From Myxococcota bacterium (GTDB lineage: Bacteria > Myxococcota_A > Bradymonadia > UBA4248): a stretch of 62,778 nucleotides of DNA. Of this stretch, positions 42,673 through 52,447 are shown in pieces (the stretch's first letter is position 1; each line of letters opens with the position of its first letter). The notes beneath the pieces were generated by a model. The model was given only the letters and a program-made list of their open reading frames with translations, had not been told where the DNA came from and did no database searches. Position numbers and translations under genes: made by a program. Location of the stretch: positions 1 through 62,778 of the forward strand of contig JAZUKH010000265.1 of NCBI GenBank assembly GCA_045643185.1, written 5' to 3'.

Positions 42673-45252
42673 ATGAAGCGCACTCAGTCGATTTTGTGTG
42701 TCGTTGCCGTCGTGTCTTTAACGGCGTGTAGTCATGCTCAAGTAGAACCCGTCACGGTCGTGGAAGCACCGGTGATCGTGACTGTCCCTCCATCCGACTG
42801 TGTGCCGAACCGGGATGGCGTGCCGATGTGTGGCGACGCGCCGTTCGTGGTTCAGTGCGGTGAGCTCGGTTTGAGCGAACTGGCGGAAGAAGGCGCCGTG
42901 TGTGAGCGTCAGGGCGATGGCAAGCGCATCGTGCTTCGCGGCGACGTGTTGGCGTTTGATCGCACGTATGCCGGCGGCAGCGTCGTGATCGAAGGTGACC
43001 GCATCGTTTATGTCGGTTGCTCGCCTGATCTGACCGACGCCAGTGTGATCACGTGTCCCGATTCCGTCATCAGTCCGGGGTTGATCAACGCCCATGAACA
43101 TCTAAATTACTCGAATGCTCGTCCGGCCGTGTGGGGCGACGAGCGTTTTGACCATCGTCACGACTGGCGCAAGGGCTTGAACGGCCACACGCTCGTGCCT
43201 GGCCCTTCGACCGACCATAACGATGTGCCTGAGATGCGCGCGCTTTTGAGCGGTACCACGTCCATCTTTGGATCTGGGTCCGAAAAAGGTCTGGTCCGCA
43301 ATCTCGACAAAGAGTCGCCAGTCGGTGATGATACGCATCTGCCGATCTACCAGACGTTTCCGCTTTCCGACCACACGGGCATGCAGATCGAGTCAGGGTG
43401 CGGTTACTCGAAATACGCCAATGATGACCGCGAATCATGCCCGTACGGGCCGCATATCGGTGAAGGCATTAACGACGCGGCGCGCAATGAACTCGTGTGT
43501 TTGAGCAGCGACGAAGGGCGCGACATTTTTAAGTCCAACCTGGCTGTGATCCACGGCGTGGCGGCGACGTCCGAACTCATCGCCAAAATGGCGCAGAATG
43601 ACGTCAAAATGGTGTGGTCGCCGCGCACGAACATTGCGCTTTATGGCGACACGGCGCGCATCACCGCGTTTGACGAACTCGGTGTGACGATCGGTCTTGG
43701 CACCGACTGGATCTACTCGGGTTCGGCAAACATGCTTCGTGAACTTCGCTGCGTGGATGACCTCAACCGCGACTATTTTGGACATCATTTTAGCGATTAT
43801 GCGCTGTGGCTGATGCCGACCGTGGGTTCGGCTGCGGCGCTCGGCGTTTCGCACGTGCTCGGTCGTCTGGCTCCGAACTATGTGGCGGACATCGCGATGT
43901 TTCGCAAGACACCCGACAAACAGGCGCATCGCGCCGTGATCGCAGCCGACAACGCGGACGTGCTGCTCGTCATGTTGGGCGGCAAAGTGGTTTACGGCGA
44001 GTCGTCTGTGATGACGAGTGGCCGTTTCATGGATGTGTGTGGCATTGAAAAGAAGTTCGATAACATAGCCGCACGTTCGGAGGAGTTTGACACGATCGAG
44101 TCGTATGCGGCCTATCCACTGTATTTTTGCGCGGAGCCCGAGGATGAGCCGACCTGTGTGCCGCAGCGCGTTCGTGAGGCTGACACGACGGCGCAGGATC
44201 TGCCGATCTACACGGGCGTGGCGAGCGGCGCAGCCGACGTCCTCGACCGTGATGGCGACGGCGTGCCCGACTCGGTCGATAATTGTCCGGCCGTGTTCAA
44301 TCCGATCCGTCCGACCGACCACCCGCGCGTTCAGTCCGACCTGGACGGCGACGGCGTTGGTGATGCGTGCGACGCCTGGCCCACGTGCAGTGAAAATACG
44401 GCATCCTGTCTCACTTTGAACGCGCACGACCGCGACAATGACGGGGTGCCCAACTTCTTTGACAACTGTCCCAACGACGTTAATCCCGACCAGGCTGACC
44501 GCGACCGCGATGGGCTTGGCGACGCGTGTGACCCCTGCGACGACGCGACTGACCAGGATGGCGATGGCATTGGCGACGCGTGCGACCCCTGCCCGCAGGA
44601 TGGCCAGAATGAAGACGGACTGGGCTGCTCTTTGCCCGTGACGCCCATTTCTGAGATTCGCAACACCCATATCAACGGCACGCTCAAAGAAGATCTGATC
44701 AAAATTCAGGGCGTCGTGACGGGCATCGCGCCGCGTCTGGGCGGCATCGGCGGCATCTTCGTTCAGGATCTGCACGAAAACGTTGCGGTCATGCTCTATC
44801 ACCCTGAAGATGCCCAGAATGTGCGCATCGGCGACCTCATCGAAGTCAAAGGTTCTACCTCGGTCTATTACAGTCTCGTTCAGATCAAACCCACGTCGAT
44901 CAATATTCTTTCCTCCGACCACGCGCGTTTGCCGTTGACCATGACGGCTGAGCAGGCGACGGCCAACACGACGCCCGAAGTGACGCAAAACGCCTTCGAC
45001 AGCGTTCTCATCACGGTTCACGGGCTCACGCTCGACCGTTATGACGAGACTCAGCGCATTGGCGAGTGTTATATGGCCCATGATTCGGAAGGCCATGAAC
45101 TCTGCGTCGACGATTATCTCATCGGCACGGGAAAACTTCAAAATGTGCTCGAAATGAACAAAACGTACGATATTACAGGTATTCTTCTTTACGACTACGG
45201 CCGTGAAAAGCTTGCCCCTCGCCAGCGTGACGATATTTCGGTTTCGCCGTAA
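42673..45252 (+). CDS. Lipoprotein: amidohydrolase-superfamily domain + thrombospondin-type-3 repeats + C-terminal beta-rich module
   Basis: Trimmed to ATG 42673 (lipobox LTAC). GLINAHEHLNYS (HxH metal site) and GLGTDW are present. TSP3-like DRDGDGVPDSVDNCPAVFNP, DLDGDGVGDACD, DRDNDGVPNFFDNCPNDVNPDQADRDRDGLGDACDPCDD. Confidence 0.75.
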   Translation: MKRTQSILCVVAVVSLTACSHAQVEPVTVVEAPVIVTVPPSDCVPNRDGVPMCGDAPFVVQCGELGLSELAEEGAVCERQGDGKRIVLRGDVLAFDRTYAGGSVVIEGDRIVYVGCSPDLTDASVITCPDSVISPGLINAHEHLNYSNARPAVWGDERFDHRHDWRKGLNGHTLVPGPSTDHNDVPEMRALLSGTTSIFGSGSEKGLVRNLDKESPVGDDTHLPIYQTFPLSDHTGMQIESGCGYSKYANDDRESCPYGPHIGEGINDAARNELVCLSSDEGRDIFKSNLAVIHGVAATSELIAKMAQNDVKMVWSPRTNIALYGDTARITAFDELGVTIGLGTDWIYSGSANMLRELRCVDDLNRDYFGHHFSDYALWLMPTVGSAAALGVSHVLGRLAPNYVADIAMFRKTPDKQAHRAVIAADNADVLLVMLGGKVVYGESSVMTSGRFMDVCGIEKKFDNIAARSEEFDTIESYAAYPLYFCAEPEDEPTCVPQRVREADTTAQDLPIYTGVASGAADVLDRDGDGVPDSVDNCPAVFNPIRPTDHPRVQSDLDGDGVGDACDAWPTCSENTASCLTLNAHDRDNDGVPNFFDNCPNDVNPDQADRDRDGLGDACDPCDDATDQDGDGIGDACDPCPQDGQNEDGLGCSLPVTPISEIRNTHINGTLKEDLIKIQGVVTGIAPRLGGIGGIFVQDLHENVAVMLYHPEDAQNVRIGDLIEVKGSTSVYYSLVQIKPTSINILSSDHARLPLTMTAEQATANTTPEVTQNAFDSVLITVHGLTLDRYDETQRIGECYMAHDSEGHELCVDDYLIGTGKLQNVLEMNKTYDITGILLYDYGREKLAPRQRDDISVSP

Positions 45253-45494
45253 TCACGATCTTTGCTACAAATCAACCATACAGCGCAAGGAATCATCTGA
45301 AAATGCTGTATTTGTTAAGATTTAAATCAATTCTGTGCTAAATTTGTTCATGTCACCCAATCCTCCATATTTGGTTTTTCAGCAATACCCAACATGCAGG
45401 ATTTGGGTGACAACTTAAATCACTTTTGCGAACTTGATCAGACGCTATCCTACGAATTTTTCGTGAGACAGCAATGTTCACATATTATATTAAT

Positions 45495-46010
45495 CTATTT
45501 ACATTCGCCTGATTTTTCTACACAACTATTTGGACATTTTTTGACGTCGAAAACATCATATTTATTCGTTTGATAAAAATAGTGCATTTCATTATTTGTC
45601 GTTTCTTCACAAACCTTGGTATATCGCACGTAACCGCCATCTGGATCAGTTTCACAAACAAATACTTTTTCTCCCGCTTTCGTGCATGGATCTTTTGGGG
45701 TGCAACGAGCTCCCGAGGTCTTACCGGTTAAACACACATTATCTTTCTTATCTGTCAAATTAACAGCGTCAGAGCAATCCAGCGCAGAAACATTAGAAAC
45801 AGTAACATATTCGCCAACATCGCAGAATATAAGATAGTTGTCTACGCAATAGGCAGATTTTTTAGTGCATTCACTTCCTTCTTCCGGCACGATCTTTTTG
45901 CAAGCCGTACCGTCACAATTGTGTATGCAATACTCAATCTCACCTGCATTCATTTCGTTTGGATCATAGCCGTATATACCGTTTCCTTTTATACAAATTG
46001 ACGCAGTGTG
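45495..46010 (-). pseudogene. 5'-truncated fragment of a Cys-rich secreted-protein gene (very AT-rich)
   Basis: The reading frame is open for 19 codons upstream of the first Met (HTASICIKGNGIYGYDPNE-MNAGEIEYC...). It has no start codon, RBS or signal peptide, unlike all paralogues in the window. Sampled 60-nt blocks are 27-43% GC. Confidence 0.5.
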
Positions 46011-46065
46011 TTAATGGTCAGGCAGTATTTTTATTTCAAATATGAAATTTTTATAATTAAATTTT

Positions 46066-46275
46066 GGTGGCGCCGCCTATTGCCGTTGGCAATACGGCGG
46101 ACGCGCGGCGGCTTCTCCCTCGTAAGAGACGCAATATTTTGCGTCTCTACTCGGTCAATACGCCGCCGCTTCTTGGTTTTTTGCGTCCACCGTGGCTGTG
46201 TTGAATGCTACGGAGCTACATGGAAACATCGCTCCTGTTGACGCCCCGCTACGCCTTCGCCTGGCGGGGGCGTCA
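46066..46275. repeat. Composite/degenerate cluster of REP-like modules
   Basis: Contains AAGAGACGCAATATTTTGCGTCTCTAC, AATACGCCGCCGC, GCTACGGAGCTACATGGAAAC (the module also found in copy 6) and CGCCCCGCTACGCCTTCGCCTGGCGGGGGC. Confidence 0.7.
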
Positions 46276-46292
46276 GCAAGGTCCCATTAAAC

Positions 46293-46321
46293 TTGACAAA
46301 GTATGGCTAAATATAAATAAT
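46293..46321 (+). promoter_or_regulatory. Candidate sigma70-type promoter of the vWA/tubulin-like operon
   Basis: TTGACA (46293-46298) - N17 - AATAAT (46316-46321), 76 nt upstream of the ATG at 46397, in an AT-rich tract. Confidence 0.45.
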
Positions 46322-46396
46322 TGCTAATAAATTAACAACGGTGTTGTTAAAGCCAGGATGGCCTTCAATCATTAATTAATTAGTTAGGATAAAACG

Positions 46397-48685
46397 ATGA
46401 AAAGACTGGCGATTTTAGGAACGGCAGCATTGGCGTCGATGTGCATGTGTGGCATGGCGTATGCGGATACCTATGTTCCTTCACGGACGATCAGTCTTGT
46501 GTATGACGATTCCGGAAGTATGTCGAACCTTGGCACGATCCAGTCGCCGACCTGCGTTGACACGTGGAGCCAGGCTCGCTATGCCATGGAGATCATGGCG
46601 TCGATGTTGGACGAACGGGATCAGCTCAACATCTATTATATGAGCGATTACGAGACGTCTCAGGATGCGCCGCCTCGTCTTCGCCTCAAAGGCAGCCGCG
46701 ATGCGCACGAGATCGAACAGAATGTCGAGCGCGTCCACCAGACGCTCACGCGTGCCGGTGAAACGCCCTTCAACAGCGTTCGCAAAGCCTATAAGGACTT
46801 GGCACATACGGCTTCGGACGAAAACTGGCTCGTCGTACTTACCGATGGTGAGTTTCAGGGCGTCAACGGGCGTATCGAGGACGAGTTCCATAAATACACC
46901 AAGAATCGCCGCGTCAAAGTGATGATGCTCGCCATGGGCGAACAGGCGTCGTTGATCGAAAGTGATGAAGAAAACGGCATCTATTTCGAACATGCCGTGA
47001 CCTCTAAACAGATCCGTTCAAAGCTGACCAAGCTGACGAACCGCATCTTTCAGCGCAACGCGCTGCCGCAAAAGAACGTGGCGACGGTGAGCTTCGACGT
47101 GCCGATGCGTGAGCTCATCGTGTTTGCCCAGGGTAAAGACGTTTCGATCACGAGTTTGTCGACGGAGGGCAAGACCGTGACCCCGTCGTCGAACATTCAC
47201 GCGATGTATTCAAAACAGGCTGCGGAACCGCGTCCGACGTGCAACGTCTTTGACGAGTCGCTGAACGGCAAAGTGGCGACGTTTGACGGTGACTTTGATG
47301 CCGGTACTTATACGATCAACCTCACTGGTTCGCCGGACTCCATCGAGGTCTATTACAAGCCCAATGTCGACGTCCAAATGTATTTTTATGACGGCGTTGG
47401 TAAAGACGTGACCGATAAAGCCAAGTTGAGCAATGGCAAGTACCGTGTTGGTTTTGGCTTTGTGAAGGCTGGCACGAAGGACGCCGTGCCAGCATCGCCG
47501 TTGCTCGGTAATGCGGAATACACGGCCAAGCTCGTCAACAATGACGCTGAACCTGTGACGGTGCATGACGGCGATGTGATTACGATCAGCGAGGGCACGC
47601 TCGTCGGTGACTTCGAAGCGACGTTTTTGAAATATAACCAGGTGCACACGCAGCTGGCGCCGCGCACCATCTTTTTTACAAACGAACTGGTCTGGCAGGT
47701 CGCGTCCCAGGCTCAGCCGCTGGTGCTGACGGCTGATGGCGTAAAAAGTGGCAACGGTGACCTCACGGCACACGTTCGCATGAAGAATAACGAAGGCTCC
47801 GTGAGCGAGCTGACGGACGCGCAGTGGCAGGCCGTCGAGTCGGTCGATGCCGTCGAGATCTTGCCGCCGCCTGACAAGCCACAAAAAAGTCACAGACACA
47901 AGAAAAAGCCCAAAGAACAGCCAAAACGTTTTGTGTTCCAGGCGAACAAGGGCGCCGCAAACGGTGATGTGGCCCTCGACGCCGTTTCGCAGGGCGATCC
48001 CATGATGTTGTGTATGCCCAAAGCCTGGTCGATCACCAAAGCTTTTAAGATCTGGCGCGGTATCGATATTTGCGAAAACGAAAAATTCGTTTATCGCGCC
48101 TGCACCGAGTTTGCGATGGGCGAATCGACCGCTTACGGTTGTTCCGAAGACACACAGGTTCAGGTCAAAAATGGCCTGTCCGGCTTCAGCTTCGTTTTGC
48201 GCTTTTTCCAGGACTGGTGGGGAATGCTCGTCGCCTTGTTCCTGATCTTTGGCTGGGTCAAAAAGCACTGGATGCCTGCGATCGATCGTCGCGTCAAAAT
48301 TCAGATGAAGTCTCAGAATTTCACGACGCGTGACCAGGAGACGAGCGGTCGTTATCAAAGATGTTGGCTCAACTTTTTGCCGTATCGAGACAGTACGGGA
48401 ACGGTGTCGTTAGGCGGCAGCGTCAAAGCAGATGTGCCCAAAACGTTGGAATTGCGTTCCATGGGCGGCAGTAAGTTGAATTTGACCAATGCGTCTAAGT
48501 TTGCTGGCAAAAAGCAGATCACTTTCAATTCGAAAAATGTGGATGAGAGCTACGGCGCCAAGGCGGGTAAAAAACGCGCCAAAAAGCCGTTCGCATTCAA
48601 TACAGAGCAACCCATTGTCATTAAATCAAAAGATTTTACCTATTCATTTGTGCTTCACTCGAAGAAGCTCAGACGACGTAAATAA
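46397..48685 (+). CDS. Exported von Willebrand factor A (vWA) domain protein with a C-terminal TM anchor and basic cytoplasmic tail
   Basis: 762 aa. Signal peptide ends AYA|DT. MIDAS residues: DDSGSM (DxSxS), T in GETPFNS, D in VVLTDGE. One TM helix (WWGMLVALFLIFGWV) lies about 130 aa before the C-terminus. Confidence 0.8.
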   Translation: MKRLAILGTAALASMCMCGMAYADTYVPSRTISLVYDDSGSMSNLGTIQSPTCVDTWSQARYAMEIMASMLDERDQLNIYYMSDYETSQDAPPRLRLKGSRDAHEIEQNVERVHQTLTRAGETPFNSVRKAYKDLAHTASDENWLVVLTDGEFQGVNGRIEDEFHKYTKNRRVKVMMLAMGEQASLIESDEENGIYFEHAVTSKQIRSKLTKLTNRIFQRNALPQKNVATVSFDVPMRELIVFAQGKDVSITSLSTEGKTVTPSSNIHAMYSKQAAEPRPTCNVFDESLNGKVATFDGDFDAGTYTINLTGSPDSIEVYYKPNVDVQMYFYDGVGKDVTDKAKLSNGKYRVGFGFVKAGTKDAVPASPLLGNAEYTAKLVNNDAEPVTVHDGDVITISEGTLVGDFEATFLKYNQVHTQLAPRTIFFTNELVWQVASQAQPLVLTADGVKSGNGDLTAHVRMKNNEGSVSELTDAQWQAVESVDAVEILPPPDKPQKSHRHKKKPKEQPKRFVFQANKGAANGDVALDAVSQGDPMMLCMPKAWSITKAFKIWRGIDICENEKFVYRACTEFAMGESTAYGCSEDTQVQVKNGLSGFSFVLRFFQDWWGMLVALFLIFGWVKKHWMPAIDRRVKIQMKSQNFTTRDQETSGRYQRCWLNFLPYRDSTGTVSLGGSVKADVPKTLELRSMGGSKLNLTNASKFAGKKQITFNSKNVDESYGAKAGKKRAKKPFAFNTEQPIVIKSKDFTYSFVLHSKKLRRRK

Positions 48686-48697
48686 AGGAGAAAACAG

Positions 48698-51600
48698 ATG
48701 ATAGCACCGACATTGTTGATTGGTCTTGGTGGTACGGGATCAAAGATCGTTTGCCGAGTCTCAAAGATGGTTACAGAAGAACAGCGCCGTCGCATTGGCT
48801 TCGCTGTTTTTGATACGGACGTCAACGAGCTTCGTGAGATTCAGGAAGCCAATCCGTTTATCGCAGTGATCCAGACGTCGACGAAGTTGAGCGTGGGTGA
48901 GTATTTGAACATCGACACGTACGCTAGGGACAACTGGTTCCCGGTGAACTCGATCCTGAACAGCAAAACATTGACGGAAGGCGCTGGTCAGGTTCGCGCG
49001 ATCTCACGTCTGGCGCTCGACACGGCGATCCGTGCCAACCTGATGACGCCGTTGCACAAATGCATCGAGAACCTTTACAAACTCGAAGAAGATCAGACGA
49101 GCCAGGCTTTGCGCGTGATCATCGTCAGCTCACTCGCCGGCGGCACCGGTTCGGGCTTGATCTTGCCCGTCGCGCTCTATCTGCGTAATTACTTGGCGAC
49201 GCGTTTTCAGCAGAGTGCCAACATTACACGCGGTTTCTTCATTTTGCCCGAGGTGTTCTACGAAGTCATTCACGGCTCGGCTGAACAAAATAATCTCAAG
49301 TGTAATGCCTACGCGACGTTGCGCGAACTCGACGCGTTTTTGATGAAGGGCGACGGCACGCTGCCGGCGCGTTTTGAAAAAAGCGTGCGTTTGGAATTCC
49401 CGCGCACCGGTTCCGAAAACCACGAAGAATATCAGGTCCGTCCGTACGATTTCTGCTTCCTGTTCGATGCCCAGAACACCGAAGGTAAGAAACTCAATGA
49501 CTTTAACCAATATTTGGATCACGCAGCCAACTGCATCTATGCGCAGTCGATCGGGCCGATGAACAAACGCAGCAACTCGAGCGAAGACAATACGATCCGT
49601 GCTTTGGCGCGCGAACATGGGCGTAACCGCTATGCCGGTGCTGGTTGCTCCATGCTCATCTACCCGTTCGAGGAAGTGCGCGAATACGTGGCCATCAAGT
49701 GGACGCAGCAATGCGTTTCAAACGAGTGGCTGCGTTTCGATAAAATGTACTCCGACAAAAAGAACAAACAGTCGGAAATGCGCGAACAGGGCATCTTGGT
49801 CGGTGATACGATCCGCGGCGATGACTACATCATGACGATCGAATCGCTCGCCAATCAACGTGATCCGTTTGCCAAAACCATGCAGAATCAGTGTATGCGC
49901 TATGGCAACGACGGGTTGGAGGTGCTTGGCAACAAGTGGGATGAATACATCCGTGAATTGAAAAAATTCGTCGAAAACGAAGCGAAGAATCAGTCCGACC
50001 TGGATAGTCAGCGCGATGCGTCACTCGCGCGTCTTTCGGATGTCGAAGGTGATCCCGATACCTATCCCAAGCTTCAGGACGCCATTCGCGAAATTATGAA
50101 ATATTACAACATGGTCGAACGCAAATGCGATGACAAGGCTTCGACCATCGCTTACACGATCTTTCAGGGGCAATCCACCAACGTCACCGCTGAAAGCCGC
50201 GGCTATCAGCTCGAAAGTTATTTGCGCGACGGTTCGGGGGCGTTTATGCATCCGAATGCCGTGCGATACTTCCTCTACCAGGCTAAGAATCGATTCGTTC
50301 AGGAACAGAAAGTGAACGACAACCGCCTCAAAGAGCTGAACGACGCCTTTGGTAAGGACGGGATCGAAGCGATTCTCGATGATCCCAATACGGACGAAGT
50401 GGAGAATATCGACAATCTTGCCGACCGTAAGCGTTCGCTGCGCGACAAATTAAAGAATGCCATGGGTAAACTGACCGACGATCAGGAAGACATGAAGGCG
50501 TCTTTCCAGGGCTTGATCACGAAAGCTGACGAACTGCGCGTTGTGGGCATTCTGAAATATGTGTTCAAAGAAGGTCTGGATTATTTGAACGGCTTGATCG
50601 AAGCCTTCGAGCGCTTTTATGACAACTTTGAACAGAAGGTCAACGGCATGTCGAAGCGACTCGCTGAGATCTCGAAAAAATGCACGAATCAGCCAGGGAA
50701 AACGACGCGTTATGTCTGCTCATCGACGATCTGCTTGAATCGCATGGTCGAAAAACTGGCTTACAAAGGCAGCGTCGTGTCTGTGGACAGCCGTCTGGCC
50801 GACGAGATCTACTCGAAGGTCCGTGGCTATGCCATGGCGAAAGACAAACCGAAAAATGCGTTTGAGACGATCTTTGATGAAGGCATCATCGGTTATTTCA
50901 AAAAACAGATGATGGAGACTTATGGCTCGAAGATCGACATGAACATCATGGACGCGTTGGAACGCGAGGTCGAGTTGGAATCGGGCGAAACCGATATGCC
51001 GCAGGTCATGCTGGATCAGCGCGTGAAGCAGATCATCGAAAATACGCGCGACATGTCGAAGCCGTTCATCGAACGTCCAATGGGTGAAGAAGTGGCCCCG
51101 ATCTCGGCGTGTACCTACAACCCAAGTTTGGACCCGAAAGACGACTCGCCGCGTTCGTCGTTCATTCATCGTGAACTGTCAAACTACGGCGGCACGCCGG
51201 ACGACGATATTTCGCGTTACACGATCATGTTTTACCAGTCGATCTACTCGTTACGCGCGAATCGCCTGTCGAAATTCAGCCCGTCGATCAGCAGCGTGGA
51301 CGGACAAGCGGGCGAGTATTTCAGAGCGTATTATGAACTGGTGAACCAGATCACGCCGATGTCGAACAAGACACCGGTCATTACGCCGCATATCGACTGT
51401 CGTTGGCACGTCGTGGCGAACATGCCCGACCTGGACGATGGCAACCAGAAACGCATTGAAACCCGTATTTACAAGGCATTCATGCTCGGCTTGTTGTATC
51501 ACGTGATCGACTGTGGCAAGACAGCGCGTGGTCGCATTTTGTACAAGCTGCGTTTGAGCGGTTGCGCGCCTGAAGAGTTCGTGGTGTCGAACAAAACGCC

Positions 51601-52264
51601 GTGCGACGAATTCTACGAAGTGCTGGATGCGTTGACGATCAACCCGGTCATCGTGAACCAGATCATGGAAGACGCCGAACGTCGTTTGAAACGTGAGATC
51701 ATCGCCAAGACCTCGTTTGAGCGTTCCATGCTGTATAAGATGATCAAAAGCCTCGTGCTTGAACAGTATCCGATGTTCAAACAGATCACGTTGTTCGACC
51801 TTTGCACGTTGTTGAAAGTCTCAACGCCGTCGGCGAACTTCGACAATGCGACCGGCATCGACATCATGCGTGCCATGTTCGACACCGTGTATGATTACAT
51901 GACGAAGATCATGCCCCAAAGCGAAGTCGAAGTGGCTTATGGCAAATTCCTGAATGAGCAATACAACCTGTTTGAAAAGAACCTGGTGAATTATCGCAAC
52001 ATTCAGGACTGTGAAGGCGTCGCCACGGATTGTCTCAAAAATTGCGATTTTGTCGATTTCGTCGATGATATGGTGTTGGCACTCAATCACATTCTCGAAA
52101 CGCTGGAACTGGATTCGACGCGTGACGAGATCGAGACGCGTTGGCATCTGAAAAAGCGAGGCATTCGTGAGTTGACTGAGCCTGCAGAGTCGAGTGAAAG
52201 CGTGCTGAACTCGTCGGATGAAGCCGCGTTGAACCTCAACCCGGACGATGGTTGGCAAGTCTAG
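48698..52264 (+). CDS. Giant tubulin/FtsZ-superfamily GTPase-like protein (N-terminal ~230 aa) with a ~950-aa helical extension
   Basis: 1188 aa, RBS AAGGAG, start 12 nt after the vWA stop. It has collinear FtsZ-like motifs: T1 LIGLGGTGSKIV, FAVFDTDVNEL (cf NTDAQAL), T3 TEGAGQVRAISR (cf GLGAGA), and the T4 tubulin signature AGGTGSG (aa 147-153, nt 49136-49156). After T4 comes FFILPEVF...NAYATLRELD. Confidence 0.8.
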   Translation: MIAPTLLIGLGGTGSKIVCRVSKMVTEEQRRRIGFAVFDTDVNELREIQEANPFIAVIQTSTKLSVGEYLNIDTYARDNWFPVNSILNSKTLTEGAGQVRAISRLALDTAIRANLMTPLHKCIENLYKLEEDQTSQALRVIIVSSLAGGTGSGLILPVALYLRNYLATRFQQSANITRGFFILPEVFYEVIHGSAEQNNLKCNAYATLRELDAFLMKGDGTLPARFEKSVRLEFPRTGSENHEEYQVRPYDFCFLFDAQNTEGKKLNDFNQYLDHAANCIYAQSIGPMNKRSNSSEDNTIRALAREHGRNRYAGAGCSMLIYPFEEVREYVAIKWTQQCVSNEWLRFDKMYSDKKNKQSEMREQGILVGDTIRGDDYIMTIESLANQRDPFAKTMQNQCMRYGNDGLEVLGNKWDEYIRELKKFVENEAKNQSDLDSQRDASLARLSDVEGDPDTYPKLQDAIREIMKYYNMVERKCDDKASTIAYTIFQGQSTNVTAESRGYQLESYLRDGSGAFMHPNAVRYFLYQAKNRFVQEQKVNDNRLKELNDAFGKDGIEAILDDPNTDEVENIDNLADRKRSLRDKLKNAMGKLTDDQEDMKASFQGLITKADELRVVGILKYVFKEGLDYLNGLIEAFERFYDNFEQKVNGMSKRLAEISKKCTNQPGKTTRYVCSSTICLNRMVEKLAYKGSVVSVDSRLADEIYSKVRGYAMAKDKPKNAFETIFDEGIIGYFKKQMMETYGSKIDMNIMDALEREVELESGETDMPQVMLDQRVKQIIENTRDMSKPFIERPMGEEVAPISACTYNPSLDPKDDSPRSSFIHRELSNYGGTPDDDISRYTIMFYQSIYSLRANRLSKFSPSISSVDGQAGEYFRAYYELVNQITPMSNKTPVITPHIDCRWHVVANMPDLDDGNQKRIETRIYKAFMLGLLYHVIDCGKTARGRILYKLRLSGCAPEEFVVSNKTPCDEFYEVLDALTINPVIVNQIMEDAERRLKREIIAKTSFERSMLYKMIKSLVLEQYPMFKQITLFDLCTLLKVSTPSANFDNATGIDIMRAMFDTVYDYMTKIMPQSEVEVAYGKFLNEQYNLFEKNLVNYRNIQDCEGVATDCLKNCDFVDFVDDMVLALNHILETLELDSTRDEIETRWHLKKRGIRELTEPAESSESVLNSSDEAALNLNPDDGWQV

Positions 52265-52312
52265 TTACGCCGTGCCGGTGCACGGCGAGTGATGGCATAT
52301 CACGCCGTCGTG

Positions 52313-52447
52313 CGTGCCGTAGGCAGAGAGGGTAGCGGCGTATTGGCGATGGCGATGTTTCCATGTAGCGCCGTAGCATGCTACGGCGTTACATGGAAAC
52401 GATAAATCGCCGCCAATAGCCGCGTAGGGGGAGACTTCCCCCTCCCC
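52313..52447. repeat. REP-like element, copy 6 (forward orientation), inside the operon between genes 2 and 3
   Basis: GTGCCGTAGGCAGAGAGGGTAGCGGCGTATT - core GGCGATGGCGATGTTTCCATGTAGCGCCGTAGCATGCTACGGCGTTACATGGAAACGATAAATCGCCGCC - AATAGCCGCGTAGGGGGAGACTTCCCCCTCCCC. Confidence 0.9.

Noticed and set aside
46008-46241. 77-aa ORF upstream of the vWA gene
   Set aside because: It is composed almost entirely of REP-like palindromic modules, so it is not credible as coding.
48300-48685. FHA-like domain in the cytoplasmic tail of the vWA protein
   Set aside because: It is beta-rich, with an LNLTNAS...ITFNSKNV stretch that superficially recalls FHA. The GR...SR.H core residues are missing.
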